Below, one piece after another: positions 24,209 through 40,700 of a stretch of 64,000 bases of DNA. Below the pieces are notes generated by a model. The model saw only the letters and a list, made by a program, of their open reading frames with translations, made no database searches and had not been told where the DNA came from. A program made the position numbers and the translations under genes. Numbering within the stretch: the first letter of the stretch is position 1; each line of letters starts with the position of its first letter. Source of the stretch: Eledone cirrhosa (lineage: Eukaryota). The stretch lies in the NCBI GenBank assembly GCA_964016885.1, contig OZ024749.1:372001-436000 (forward strand), in the 5' to 3' direction.

Positions 24209-27200
24209 GTTAGACGGGTTGTCCTGTTGTGGGCAGTGTCTGGTCGGCTGACCATGCCTTGCTCATACGGGAACTAATTCTGGTTTGATATCTACAGCTG
24301 GATGCCCTTCCTAACACCAACCTCATTTACAGTGAGTGCTAGGTGATTTTTTCCGTCGCGCCTACACGTCCACTTTACAGTGTGGGCTGGGTGCTTTTTT
24401 GTTGTGACACCTCCACGACCACTTTGCAGTGAGAGGGTGTGGGGCTATATTGTCTATATGCTTCAGCTTCGGCTTGTTCCCATTGTTGAGTCTTCTGTAT
24501 TACTGTGTGACGCTAGAGGTCACAGTCGTGTGTCATCACCTTTGAGAGGTGTAATTGAGTAAGGTTGGCTTTTATCACCTCATCCCAGGTTTTCTTGGGT
24601 CTCCCCACTCCGCTGCTTCCATCAACTTCTAGTGCTCTGCACCTTTTTATGCAGCTGTCATCCTTCATACGCATCACATGTCCATACCAACGTAACCTCC
24701 TCTCCTGCATGCAGCATTTGATTCCTTTTATGCTCAGTCTCTCTCTCAATTCATTTATGCTTTGCCGTTCGCGTATATTACTATTACACATCCATTGGAG
24801 CATGCAGGCTTCGTTTCTTTCTAATCTACGCAAGTCTTCTACAGACAGCGCCCAGGTCTCACTACCATGTAACATTGATGTTCGTGCAAACTTTAAAAAA
24901 CCCAACAACCACCTCATCACCTATAGATCAGGGGAGCACTCTAGTCAGTTAGATTTTATCCTCATCAGAGGACGTGACAGATGGACGGTCATAAACACAA
25001 AACCCTTCCCTAGTGAGGAATGTACATCCCAACATAGCTTAGTTGTCAGCGACCTCACGGTCAGAACTAGACGAACCCGGAAACAGAGGCCAACCTGGAG
25101 AAGAAAGATCTGGAAGCTGAAAGTCCCCTCAACCAGTAACAGATTTAAAGATATTTTACTCAACGCCTACGACAGTAAAGAAGAACAGATAGAGACATTT
25201 AACGTAGAAGAGAACTGGGAGTTCCTAAAAAATAATTTACTAGAGGCGACGGATGAGGTCTGTGGCTGGAGTAAGACCTCAAGCAGGAGGAGCGTGACTT
25301 GGTGGTGGAACAATAAGGTAGATGAAGCAGTTAAGGCCAAGAGACAGGCATGGAAAGAATGGAAGAACGGGGGGAGCAGGGTACATTACATAGAGACCAA
25401 GAGGGAAGCTAGGCGACAAGTATACTTAGCTAGGAGGGAAGCAGAGGATAGAAAATTCAAGCATGTTTTACAACGTGAGGACCAGAAACAGGAGGTATTC
25501 AAGATTGCGAGGCAGTGTGTCAGAGATAGTTGTGATGTCATTGGAGAGAAGTGTATCCGGAATGATAAAGGTGAGCTTGCCCTCACAAGTGCTGAGAAGA
25601 AAGATGCATGGAAGAGTCATTATGACAGATTACTAAATGAGGAGAATGCATGGGAAGAAGAGACCCTACCCCAAGTAGACCCTATAGAGGGACCAGCAGT
25701 ACAAGTCAGCAGCAGCGTAGTAAGTAAGGCAATCAAAGATATGAAGATGGGGAAGGCAACCGGTCCATCGGGTATAGCTGCCGAGATGCTGAAGGCATCT
25801 GGGTCTATAGGTCACACTATAACCACACGTATCGTTAACCAGGTAATACTAGAAGGGGCCATACCAAAAGATTGGTGCAGTAGCATCATTGTCAACTGCT
25901 ACAAAGGTAAAGGCGATGCACTAGATAGAGGAAACTATAGAGGTATAAAGTTGAAGGACCAGGTCATGAAAGTAACGGAAAGAGTTATAGCACAGCTGAT
26001 TAGGGACCGGGTGAAAATAGACGAGATGCAATTTGGGTTTGTACCAGGAAGAGGCACCACTGATGCCCTCTTCCCTGTGAGGCAATTACAGGAAAAGTAC
26101 CTAGCTAAAAGTAAGCCACTCTACTTGGCATTTGTCGACCTTGAGAAAGCCTTTGACAGAGTTCCACCTGTTGTAATCTGGTGGGCTCTTAGAAAACTAG
26201 GAGTAGATGAATGGCTTGTGAAAGCGGTACAAGCCATGTATAGGGGAGCAGTCAGCAAAGTTAGGATTAGCAATGAGTATAGCGAGGAATTTAGCGTACA
26301 GGTTGGGGTCCACCAGGGCTCTGTTCTTAGCCCTCTCCTGTTCATCATAGTCCTGCAGGCAATAACGGAGGAGTTTAAGACCGGATGCCCATGGGAACTC
26401 CTGTATGCTGATGACCTCGCACTCATAGCTGAATCTATGGTAGAACTAGAGAATAAATTCCAAACCTGGAAGCAGGGACTAGAGAGAAAGGGCCTCAAAG
26501 TCAACATGACAAAGACTAAGGTCCTTGTAAGTAGACGAGAAAACAGAACCCAGATCCCCTCAGGGAAATGGCCTTGCTCAGTATGTAGGAAAGGTGTAGG
26601 TAGGAACTCCATTCTCTGCCCCAAATGCAAACAATGGGTACACAAGAGATGTAGCGGGATCTCAGGAAGCTTAATTAAGAATGTAGGATTCACATGCAGC
26701 AGCTGTGCTGAAACAGCAAGCAGCAAACAGCCACAGGAAACAAGTACCACCAATCTCTGGGAGGGCCCTGTAGAAACAGTAGACAGCTTCTGCTACCTAG
26801 GTGACCGAATTAGCAACGGATGTGGGTGTTCAGAAAGTACAATAACTAGGGTAAGAACGGGATGGAAGAAGTTTAGGCATCTACTACCACTGCTAGCTGC
26901 AAAAGGCTTCTCCCTCAGAATGAAAGGCAGACTGTATGATGCGTGTATCCGAACAGCGATGTTGCATGGTAGTGAGATCTGGGCGCTGAAGGTGGAAGAC
27001 TTACGTAGATTAGAGAGAAACGAAGCCTGCATGCTCCGATGGATGTGTAACAGTAATATACGTGAACAACAAAGCATAAATGAATTGAGAGAGAGACTGA
27101 GCATAAGAGGAATCAAATGCTGTGTGCAGGAGAGGCGGTTGTGCTGGTATGGACATGTGATGCGTATGAAGGATGACAGCTGCATAAAAAGGTGCAGAGC

Positions 27201-27862
27201 ACTAGAAGTTGATGGAAACCACTGAGTGGGGAGACCCAAGATGACCTGGGATGAGGTGATAAAAGCCGACCTTACCCAATTACACCTCTCAAAGACAATG
27301 ACACACGACCATGACTTCTGGCGTCACGCAGTAATACAGAGTACCCGACCTCCCATGGGTACAAGCTGAAGCATATAAACAATATGCCCCCACGCCCCCA
27401 CCGCAAGGTGGTCGTGGAGGTGCCACGGCAAAAAAAAGCACCCAGCCCACACTGTAAAGTGGACGTGTAGGCGCCACGAAAAAGCACCCAGCACTCACTG
27501 TAAATGAGGTTGGTGTTAGGAAGGGCATCCAGCTGTAGAAATCAAGCCACATCAGTTCCTGTATGAGCAAGGCATGGTCAGCCGACCAGACACTGCACAC
27601 AACAGGACAACCCGTCTAACCCATGCTAGCATGGAAGAACGGACGTAAAACGGTGATGATGATAATGATGATGATGATACACGCATCATACAGTTAGCCT
27701 TTCATTTTGTGGGAAAGCCTTTTGCAGCTAGCAGTGGCCGTAGCTCCCTGAACTTCTTCCATCCCATTCTTACCCTAGTTATTGTACTTTCCGAACACCC
27801 ACCTCCGCTGCTAATTCAGTCACCTAGGTAGCAGAAGCTGTCTACTGTTTCTACAGAGCCCT
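24209..27862 (-). mobile_element. 5'-truncated RTE (host) split by an opposite-orientation RTE; pieces at 24209-24885 and 27678-27862
   Basis: aacattgatgttcgt at ~24885 resumes as atacacgcatcatacag at ~27677; the two are contiguous in the copy at 15528-15560. Confidence 0.85.
24886..27677 (+). mobile_element. Young 5'-truncated RTE LINE (end of EN, RT, CxxC region, 3' UTR, (GAT)n)
   Basis: Open frame from ANFKKPNNHLITY...QLDFIL...SQHSLV through FVDLEKAFDRV, GVHQGSVLSP and YADD to a premature stop at 27223-27225. Confidence 0.95.
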
Positions 27863-27865
27863 GGT

Positions 27866-28455
27866 GATCATCATCATCATCATTTTACGTCTGCTTTTCC
27901 CTGCTTGCAAGGCTTGAACGAGTCCTATTCAGCACAGCATCTCTCCACTTGTCACAGTCCTTCGTCATCTCCTCAGTGAGTTTCGGCAATCTGAGGTCTG
28001 TTCTCACCACCTCCGCCCATGTTTTTCATGGTCTACCTCTACCACGTCTTCTTTCTACTGGGATTTCTTGGCACTTCTTTACCCGGCGGTCATCCTCCAT
28101 GCACATCACATGTCCATACCATCTCAGCCTTCTCTCCTGCACACCACAACTTATCCCTCTTATACACAGTTTCTCTCTCAACACATCCATGCTTGGTCGT
28201 TCACGCACATTGACATTGCACATCCAACGGAGCATACTTGCTTCATTTCTCTCCAGCCATCACATTTCGTCTGCAGTTGCTGCCCATGTCTCACTACCAT
28301 GCAGCATCGCGCATCTCACACAGGCATCATATAACCGTCCTTTCCTACGCAGGGAGAAACCCTTCTTTGTCAACAGAGGAAGCAGCTCCCTAAACTTCTT
28401 CCAGCCCGTACTTATTCTAGATACTATGGCCTCAGAACACCCCCTCCCATGTTGG
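27866..28455 (-). mobile_element. RTE 3' end, short-UTR subfamily
   Basis: MLRWMCNVNVRERP...RLRWYGHV...GRGRP; tail ccttgcaagcagggaaaag plus (GAT)n; related copy at 31186-31500. Confidence 0.85.
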
Positions 28456-28459
28456 TGAT

Positions 28460-28672
28460 CAAAAGGTATTATATATTCCTGGAAGGAAGGTTGGCTGGTA
28501 AGAGAAGCAGAGGCCAGCAGCCAAAATGATGGCTTGACAATGTCAACCTATCGACTGGACTTGATCTTTGCTCTTTAAACTCTGCTGTTGGTAAACAAAC
28601 TTTGTGGAGAGGGATATCTCATGTTGATGTGCAGTCTACAATTGGTGCAGTTTAGTGTCAAACTACTACTAT
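28460..28672 (+). mobile_element. 3' end of another RTE-type family with (CTA)n tail
   Basis: GKRSRGQQPK.WLDNV..TGLDL; further copies at 41830-42200 (-) and 42275-42395 (+). Confidence 0.6.
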
Positions 28673-28925
28673 AATCCTTCCATTTCACCACTTATTCTAA
28701 CTTTTTTGGTTTCTATTAATTCCCTAGGGAATTGTTGGACCAAATGCTAAGCTTAATTGTTTTATTTGTTGTTTTTTTTTATTTTTATTCTTTCCAAAGA
28801 ATTCAGATATTTTTTTAAAGCAAAACATTGGTCCTGAAATACTATCATGGGCCTCCCAGGGGCTCACTTGCCTTCGGGCAACCTAACCAGTCCACCACTC
28901 TATATAGTATATTTCTGCTTTCTAG

Positions 28926-29118
28926 TCAGAAACCTCAATGGGTGCTCGCATGAAATATAGCGATTCTTCATCAGGAGTTGCTCCATTAAGTAATCCCCAG
29001 GAGAGGCGCCGGCTGCCAAAGAGTCTGGATGAAACGATGGAAAACATCACGCGGCGTCTTAGGGAGATATCTGATGAGGAGGCTCCAGCTGAAAATAAGA
29101 AAACTAGTAGTATATTTG
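28926..29118 (+). CDS. VPS9-domain protein, exon d: SETSMGARMKY...KKTSSIF(G)
   Basis: Acceptor tttctgctttctag, donor g|gtaagt; 193 nt open, phase 0 to phase 1; unique non-repetitive sequence. Confidence 0.75.
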
Positions 29119-29165
29119 GTAAGTAGAATATCTACTGTAGTTTAATTCAAGATTCTTATTGATAC

Positions 29166-30356
29166 ACTAGCTGAATTACCAGGTGTTGCCTGGGTTACTG
29201 CTGTTCTTATTCAGATTAGTAAACGATAAATATGAAGATATGTTTTTTTTGTCAGAACATGGGCGCTGTTGTATTGAAAGAGGGTGCTCAGAGTTTTTAT
29301 TTCATTGGGGGGGAGGGGGCGTGAACATTCTCAGGTGGATGGTGGGCATTTATCCCTTTTTTTTCTTTCAAATTTTCAAAAATTTAAAAAGCACTTTTCC
29401 ACTTTGGTGACACCAAGCGAATTCCTGGCACCAGGTGTCACTAAAGTGACCCCCCCCCCCCCAAAAAAAAAAAACAAGACAAAAAACAAATGAATGGTGA
29501 CAGACGACTAAAAGAAAAAAAAACAATGAATAAAAGCGAAAAGCTGGACGTGTGTATTTGTGTGCCCTCCCTCCCCAAATGAAATAAAAACTCCCAGGGC
29601 CCCCTTTCATGAATGGTGGTCAGAATTTTGGACGAAACTGGTTTTTGGGAGTGGCTGATATGTACCTATGGGTATAATTGTATGTATGTGAGTGTGTTGC
29701 TGTTTTGAATTCCTTTCTGCGATTGAACTTAAATTGACCTCTGGCGATTAAAGGCCCAACCACACACACACACACATTTGTGTTAGGTTTTGCACCCATT
29801 TCAAACTGCAGTCATACGCCAGATAACGAGGTAAGTCTTATGTTCCGAAATTTAAATTTTGAATTTGTTTTAATTATAAAATTACAGCTCAGCTAAAAAC
29901 ACTTTTTTGGGCTTTGGAAAATGAAGACAATATTAAAATTTTGCACTACTACCTGTGTCATCTTTCTATGTAAGATGATTTCAGTATCTTATTTGAAATT
30001 TAATTTGACGGGGGGCGTTGACTGGAAAAAGGTTGGGAAACCCTGCTTTATACTGATGTTACTGGAAGTTAGTCCAAATTATCATTTCTTGGATAAATAT
30101 TCCTTTAAAGGAGGGACAAATAAACGTCTGAGTGCATTACTTGGAACGATAATTTCAATTAGGTCTAATTTGTAAATTAAAAATAGCGGTTAAAAAGGGG
30201 CGTAATAATTTAAGGGAAGTAACTATGGTGCATATATTATTTAAAAAAGGGGGAAGATATTTATTAATCACTAGCTGAATTACTTGGCGTTGCTCAGGTT
30301 ACTGCTGTTCTTATTCAGATTAGTAAACAATAAATATGAAGATATGTTTTTTTTTT
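29166..30356 (+). mobile_element. Helentron/HINE-like terminus present twice (29166-29250 and 30270-30356)
   Basis: actagctgaattacc(a)gg(t/c)gttgc(c/t).ggt, similar to actagc...cccggcgttgctcggg at 47673. Confidence 0.45.
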
Positions 30357-31185
30357 CTCCTAATTAATTCAAAATATCTATATTTTATTTTTTTTTAAAT
30401 ATCAAAATTGTAATGATAATAGAATTTAGAAATGAAAATATGTCAATCTTGAAGGGTAAACTATTCATTGTGTAATTTTTGTTGGTGTCCAAATGAATAA
30501 ATTGTTGCTACACACTCGCACACATACACTCTCACATACATATACCAAGACAGACACACACAGACATACATTCACGCAGGCACATGCACAGCTTTTCACC
30601 TTTTTTTTACAGTCGCCACTCATATACACTCTCACATACATACACTCACACACACTCTCATATACACTGACATACATGTACTAAGACAGACACACACATA
30701 CATTCTCGCACACCTGTCTGTCACAACATATGTATCTATGTGTAGATGTATGTGTTTAATTCTCTGAGACCTAACATTAAAATAAAAATTATCACACATA
30801 CACTCATAAATACCAAGGAGATGGTATATATTGTAGAGCTAACCTAGGGTATTAAATACCCAGGAGATGGCGGGACTTACCTGTACCAGGTAGAGGCTGT
30901 CAGTAGTGTGAGAGAGAGGGACAATAGAATAAAATTGCAACTCTAATATCATCATCATCTTTGTTGATTAATGTCTACCTTCCATGCTAGCATGGGTTAG
31001 ATGGGTTTTCCCCATTTAGAGGCAAGTTGGGTCGGGTGACCATGTCTCACTCATATAGGAGAGTTTCTGACTGGTTTTCTACGCAAACCACATTTACAGT
31101 GTGTTTTGTCATGACACCTACAATAATATATACTACATTATTTCTGATAAATAAAGAAATTATAAAACACATGTTATAGTGCGTT

Positions 31186-31775
31186 CATCATCATCAGCTT
31201 CATTTAGCATCCTCTTTTCCCTGCTTGCAAGGGTTGTACGGGTCCTATTCAACACAGCATCTGTCCACTTGTCCTGGTCCTTCGTCATCTCCTCCGTGAG
31301 CTTCAGCAGTCTGTGGTCTGCTCTCACCACCTCTGCCCATGAATTTTTGTGGTCTTCCTCTACTGCGTTTCCTTCTACTGGGATTTCTTGGCACTTCTTT
31401 ACCCAGCGGTCATCCTCCATGAACATCACCTGTTCATACCATCTCAGTCTTCTCTCACTCACACTACAACTTATCACTCTTATACACAGTCTCTCTCTCT
31501 CAATACATCACATGTCCATACCATAGTCTTCTCTCCCACACACCACAACTTACCCCTCTTATACACAGTTTCTCTCTAAACTCATCACATGTCCATACCA
31601 CCTCAGTCTTCTCTCCCAGACACTACAACTTATCCCTCTTATACATAGTTTCTCTCTCAACACATCACATATCCATACCATAGTCTTCTCTCCCACACAC
31701 TACAACTTATCCCTCTTATACATAGTTTCTCTCTCAACTCATCACATGTCCATACCATCTCAGTCTTCTCTCCCA
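31186..31775 (-). mobile_element. RTE 3' fragment whose internal ~80-bp segment is tandemly amplified ~4 times
   Basis: catcacatgtccataccatctcagtcttctctcccacacactacaacttatccctcttatacacagtttctctctcaa repeated at 31425-31775. Confidence 0.75.
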
Positions 31776-31779
31776 CAAA

Positions 31780-34700
31780 CATCTACACTAACACACACAC
31801 ATCTACACTATCATACACACATCTACACTATCATACACACACGTCTACACTAACATACACACACAGGTCTACACTAACATACAAACATCTACACTAACCA
31901 ATACACACATTTACATTAACATACGCACACATCTACACTAACACATACACACACATCTACACTAACACATACACACATCTACACTAACATACACACACGT
32001 CTACACTAACATACACACATCTACACTAACATACACACACATCTACATTAACACACACATCTACACTAAAATACGTACATCTACACTAACATACACGCAT
32101 CTACACTAACACACACACATCTACACTAGCACACACACATCTACACTAACATACACACATCTACACTAACATACACACACATCTACACTAACATACACAC
32201 ACACATCTACACTAACATACACACACATCTACACTAACACGTACACACATCTACACTAACATACACACACATCTACACTAACATACACACATCTACACTA
32301 ACATACACACACATCTCCATTAACATACACACATCTACACTAACATACACACACATCTACACTAACACACACACAGCTACACTAACATACAGACACATCT
32401 ACACTAACATACACACAAACCTACTCTAACACACACACATCTACACTAACATACACACAGGTCTACACTAACATAAAAACATCTACACTAACATACACAC
32501 ATCTACACTAACATACACACACATCTACACTAACATGTACACATCTACACTAACATACACACACACATCTACACTAACACACACACACATCTACACTAAC
32601 ACAAACACACATCTACATTAACATACAGACACATCTACACTAACATACACACACATCTACACCTAACATACACACACACATCTACACTAACATACACACA
32701 CATCTACACTAACATACACAGACATCTACACTAACATACACTCATCTACCCTAACACATACACACATCTACACTAATATATACACACATCTACACTATCA
32801 TACACACACATCTACACTAACATACACACACATCTACACTAACATACATACACACTTACACCTAACATACACACATCTACACTAACACATACACACATCT
32901 CCACTAACATACACACATCTACACTAACATATACACATCTACACTAACACACACACACATATCTACACTAACATACACACATCTACACTAACATACACAT
33001 TTACACTAACATACACACATACCTACACTAACATACACACATCTACATTAACATACACAAACATCTACGCTAACATACACACATCTATACTAACATATAC
33101 ACATCTACACTAACATACACACACATCTACACTAACACATACACACATTTATACTAAGATACACACATTTACACTAAGATACACACACATCTACACTAAC
33201 ACACACACACACCTATATTAAGATACACACACATCTACACTAACACACACACATCTACACTAACATACACACACATCTACACTAACATACACACACATAC
33301 ACTAACATAAACACATCTACACTAACATAAACACATCTACATTAATATACACACATCTACACTAACATACACACACACATCTACACAAACAAACACACAT
33401 CTACAATAAGATACACACACACCAACACCTACACTGACATACACACGCATCTACACTAACACATACACACATCTACACTAACACGCACATCTACACTAAC
33501 ACATACACACACATCTACACTAACATACAAACATCTCCTCTAACACACACACACATCTACACTAACATACACACATCTACACTAACATACACACATCTAG
33601 ACTAACACACACATCTACACTAACACACACATCTACACTAACACACATATCTACACTAACATACACATCTACACTAACATACACATCTACACTAACACAC
33701 ACATTTACACTAACATACACACACCAACACTAACATACACACATCTACACTAACATACACACACATCTACACTAACATATACACACACGTACACTAACAT
33801 ACACACATCTACACTAACACATACACACATCTGCACTAACATACAAACATCTACACTAACATACAAACATCTACACTAATACACACACACACATCTACAC
33901 TAACACATACACACACATCTACACTAACATACACACATCTACACTAACATACACAAACATCTATACTAACATACACACATCTATACTAACATACACACAC
34001 ATCTAAACTAATATACACACACATCTACACTAACATACACACATCTACACTAACATACACACACATCTACACTAACATACACACACATCTACACTAACAT
34101 ACAGACATCTACACTAACACACACATCTACACTAACATATACACATCTACACTAACATACACACACATCTACACTAACACATACACACATTTACACTAAC
34201 ATACAAACACGTCTACACTAACAAACACAGATCTACACTAACATACACACATCTTCACTAACACACACACAGGTCTACACTAACATAAACACATCTACAC
34301 TAACATACACACACATCTCCACTAACATACACACATGTACACTAACATACACACACATCTACACTAATACACACACATCTACACTAATATACACACATCT
34401 ATACTAATATACACACATCTACCCTAACACATACACACATCTATACTAACATACACACATCTACACTATCACATACACACATCTACATTAACATACACAC
34501 ATATCTACACTAACATACACACACATCTACACCTAACATACACACACATCTACACTAACATACACACATCTATACTAAAATGCAAACATTTACCCTAACA
34601 CATACACACATCTACACTAACATACACACATCTACACTAACACATACACACATCTACATTAACATACACACACAGCTACACTAACATACACTCATGCCTA

Positions 34701-37700
34701 CACCTAACATACTCACATCTACACTAACACATACACACATCTATACTGACATACACACACATCTACACTAACATACACACACATCTACACTAACACATAC
34801 ACACATCTACACTAACACATACACACATCTACACTAACATACACATCTAAACTAACATACACACATCTACACTAACTTACACACATCTACACTAACATAC
34901 AAACATCTACACTAACACACACACATATCTACACTAACACATACACACACATCTACACTAACATACACACATCTACACTAACATATACACATCGACACTA
35001 ACACACACACACACATCTACACTAAGATACACATCTACACTAACACACACATTTACACTAATATACACACATACCTACACTAACATACACACACATCTAC
35101 AGTAACATATACACATCTACACTAACCATACACACATCTACACTAATATACACACACATCTAAACTAACATACACACACCAACACTAATATACACACACA
35201 TCTACACTAACATACACACATCTACACTAACACACACACATCTACACTAACACACACACATCTACACTAACATATACATATCTACACTAACACATCTAAA
35301 CTAACATACACACACATACACACTAACATACACACAGGTCTACACTAACATAAACACATCTACAATAATATACACACATCTACACTAACATACACATACA
35401 TCTACACTAACATACACATACATCTACACTAACATACACACACACCTACACTAACATACACACACACCTACACTAACATACACACACACCTATACTAATA
35501 CACACAGATCTACACAAACAAACACACATATACACTAACATACACACACACCAACACACACACACCTACACTCACATACACACACACCAACACTAACATA
35601 CACTCACACCTACGCTGACATACACACACATCTACACTAACACATACACACATCTACACTAACACATACACACATCTACACTAACATACACACACGTCTA
35701 CACTAACATTCACACATCTACACTAACATACACACACATCTACACTAACACACACATCTACACTAACATACAAACATCTACACTAACACACACACACATC
35801 TACACTAACACATACACACACATCTACACTAACATACACACACATCTACACTAACATACACACATCTACACTAACATACACACACATCTCCATTAACATA
35901 CACACATCTACACTAACATACACACACATCTACACTAACATACACACACATCTACACTAACATACACACACACCTACTCTAACACACACATATCTACACT
36001 AACACACATACAGGTCTACACTAACATAAAGACATCTACACTAACATACACACATCTACACTAACATACACACATCTACACTAACATACACACACATCTA
36101 CACTAACATGTACACATCTACACTAACATACACACATCTACACTAACATACAGACACATCTACACTAACACACACATACATCTACACTAACATACACACA
36201 CATCTACACTAACACATACACACATCTACACTAACACATACACACATCTACACTAACATACAGACACATCTACACTAACATACACACACATCTACACCTA
36301 ACATACACACACACATCTACACTAACATACACACACATCTACACTAATACATACACACATCTACACTAACATACATACACACCTACACCTAACATACACA
36401 CATCTACACTAACACATACACACATGTTTACTGACATACACACACATCTACACTAACACATACACACATCTACACTAACACATACACACATCTACACTAA
36501 CATACAAACATCTACACTAACATACAAACATCTACACTAACACACACACACATCTACACTAACCGATACACACACATCTACACTAACATACACACACATC
36601 TACACTAACATACACACACATACACACATCTACACTAACATAAACACATCTACACTAACATAAACACATCTACACTAACATACACACATCTACATTAATA
36701 TACACACATCTACACTAACATACACACACACATCTACACAAACAAACACACATCTACACTAAGATACACACACACCAACAGCTACACTGACATACACACA
36801 CATCTACACTAACACAAACACACATCTAAACTAACACGCACATCTCCACTAACACACACACACATCTGCACTAACATACACACATCTGCACTAATATACA
36901 CACATCTACACTAACATACACACATCTACACTAACTCACACATCTACACTAACTCACACATCTACACTAACTCACACATCTACACTAACACACACATCTA
37001 CACTAACACACATATCTACACTAACATACACATCTACACTAACATACACATCTACACTAACACACACATTTACACTAACATACACACACATACCTACACT
37101 AACATACACACACCAACACTAACATACACACATCTACACTGACATACACACACATCTACACTAACATACACACACATCTACACTAACATACACACACACG
37201 TACACTAACATACACACATCTACACTAGCATACACACCCATCTACACTGACACATACACACATCTACACTAACACATACACACATCTACACTAACATACA
37301 AACATCTACACTAACACATGCACACATCTACACTAACACATACACACACATCTACACTAACATACACACATCTCCACTAACATACACACATCTACACTAA
37401 CATATACACATCTACACTACCACACACACATATCTACACTAACATACACACATCTACACTAACATACACATCTACACTAACATACACACATCTACACTAA
37501 CATACACACACATCTAGACTAACATACACACACATCTACACTAACATACACACATCTACACTAACACACACATCTACACTAACATACACACAGGTCTACA
37601 CTAACATAAACACATCTACACTAACATACACACACATCTGCACTAACATACACACATCTACACTAACATACACATCTACACTAACATACACACATCTACA

Positions 37701-40700
37701 CTAACATACACACACATCTAGACTAACATACACACACATCTACACTAACATACACACATCTACACTAACACACACATCTACACTAACATACACACAGGTC
37801 TACACTAACATAAACACATCTACACTAACATACACACACATCTGCACTAACATACACACATCTACACTAACACACACACATCTACACATCTACACTAACA
37901 TACACACGCATCTACACTAACATACACACACATCTACACTAACACATACACACATTTACACTAAGATACTAACACACATCTAGACTAACATACACACACA
38001 TCTACACTAACAAACACAGATCTACACTAACATACACACACACACCAACACTAAAATACAGACCCATCTACACTAACATACACACATCTTCACTAACACA
38101 CACATCTACACTGACATACACACAGGTCTACACTAACATAAACACATCTACACTAACATACACACACATCTGCACTAACATACACACATCTACACTAACA
38201 TACACACACATCTACACTAATACACACACATCTACACTAATATACACACATCTATACTAATATACAAACATCTACCCTAACACATACACACATCTACACT
38301 AACATACACACATCTACACTAACACATACACACATCTACATTAACATACACACACATCTACACTAACATACACACACATCTACACCTAACATACACACAC
38401 ATCTACACTAACATACACACATCTACACTAATATACAAACATCTATCCTAACACATACACACATCTACACTAACATACACACGCATCTACACTAACACAT
38501 ACACACATCTACACTAACACATACACACTTCTACACTAACACATACACACATCTACACTAACACATACACACATACACACATCTACACTAACATACACAC
38601 ATGCCTACACCTAACATACTCACATCTACAGTAACACATACACACATCTATACTGACATACACACACATCTACACTAACATACACACATGCCTACACCTA
38701 ACATACTCACATCTACAGTAACACATACACACATCGACACTAACATACACACATCTACACTAACTTACACACATCTACACTAACATACAAACATCTACAC
38801 TAACACACACACACATCTACACTAACACATACACACACATCTACACTAACATACACACATCTACACTAACATAGACATATCTACACTAACACACACACAC
38901 ACACACACATCTACACTAAGATACACATCTACACTAACACACACATTTACACTAATATACACACATACCTACACTAACATACACACACATCTACACTAAC
39001 ATATACACATCTATACTAATATACACACACATCTAAACTAATATACACACACATCTAAACTAACATGCACACACCAACACTAATATACACACATATCTAC
39101 ACTAACATACATTCATCTACACTAACACACACACATCTACACTAACACACACACATCTACACTAACATATACATATCTACACTAATACATACACACATCT
39201 AAACTAACATACACACACATCTACACTAACACATACACACATCTACACTAACACATACACACATCTACACTAACATACACATCTAAACTAACATACACAC
39301 ATCTACACTAATTTACACACATCTACACTAACATACAAACATCTACACTAACACACACACACATCTACACTAACACATACACACACATCTACACTAACAT
39401 ACACACATCTACACTAACATATACACATCTACACTAACACACACACACACATCTACACTAAGATACACATCTACACTAACACACACACATCTACACTAAC
39501 ACACACACATCTACACTAACATATACATATGTACACTAACACATACACACATCTCCACTAACATACACACATCTACGCTAATATACACACATCTACACTA
39601 ACACATACACACACACCTACACCTAACATACACACATCTACACATACACACATCTATACTGACATACACACACATCTACACTAACATACACACGCATCTA
39701 CACTAACACATACACACATCTACACTAACACATACACACTTCTACACTAACACATACACACATCTACACTAACATACACACATCTACACTAACATACAAA
39801 CATCTACACTAACAAACACACACACCAACACTAACACATACACACACATCTTCACTAACATAAACACATCTACACTAACATACACACATCTACACTAACA
39901 AACACATACACACATCTTCACTAACACACACACATCTACACTAACATACACACAGGTCTACACTAACATAAACACATCTACACTAACACACACACAGCTA
40001 CACTAACATACACACACACCTACTCTAACACACACACATCTACACTAACATACACACAGGTCTACACTAACATAAACACATCTACACTAACATACACACA
40101 TCTACACTAACATACACACACATCTACACTAACATACACACACACATCTACACTAACACACACACACATCTACACTAACATACACAGACATCTACACTAA
40201 CACATACACACATCTACACTAACACATACACACATCTACACTAACACATACACACATCTACACTAACATACAGACACATCTACACTAACATACACACACA
40301 TCTACACCTAACATACACACACACATCTACACTAACATACACACACATCTACACTAACATACACAGACATCTACACTAACATACACTCATCTACCCTAAC
40401 ACATACACACATCTACACTAATACATACACATCTATACTATCATACACACACATCTACACTAACATACACACACACACCAACACACACACACACCTACAC
40501 ACACACCTACACTAACATACACACACACCAACACACACACATACACACATCTACACTAACACGCACATCTACACTAACACACGCATATACACTAACATAC
40601 AAACATCTACACTAACACACACACACATCTACACTAACATACACACACATCTCCACTAACATACCAACATCTACACTAACATACACACATCTACACTAAT

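Noticed and set aside
24565-24885. N-terminal ~107 aa of the 886-aa ORF
   Set aside because: It is the antisense reading of the host RTE; the real RTE frame starts near 24886
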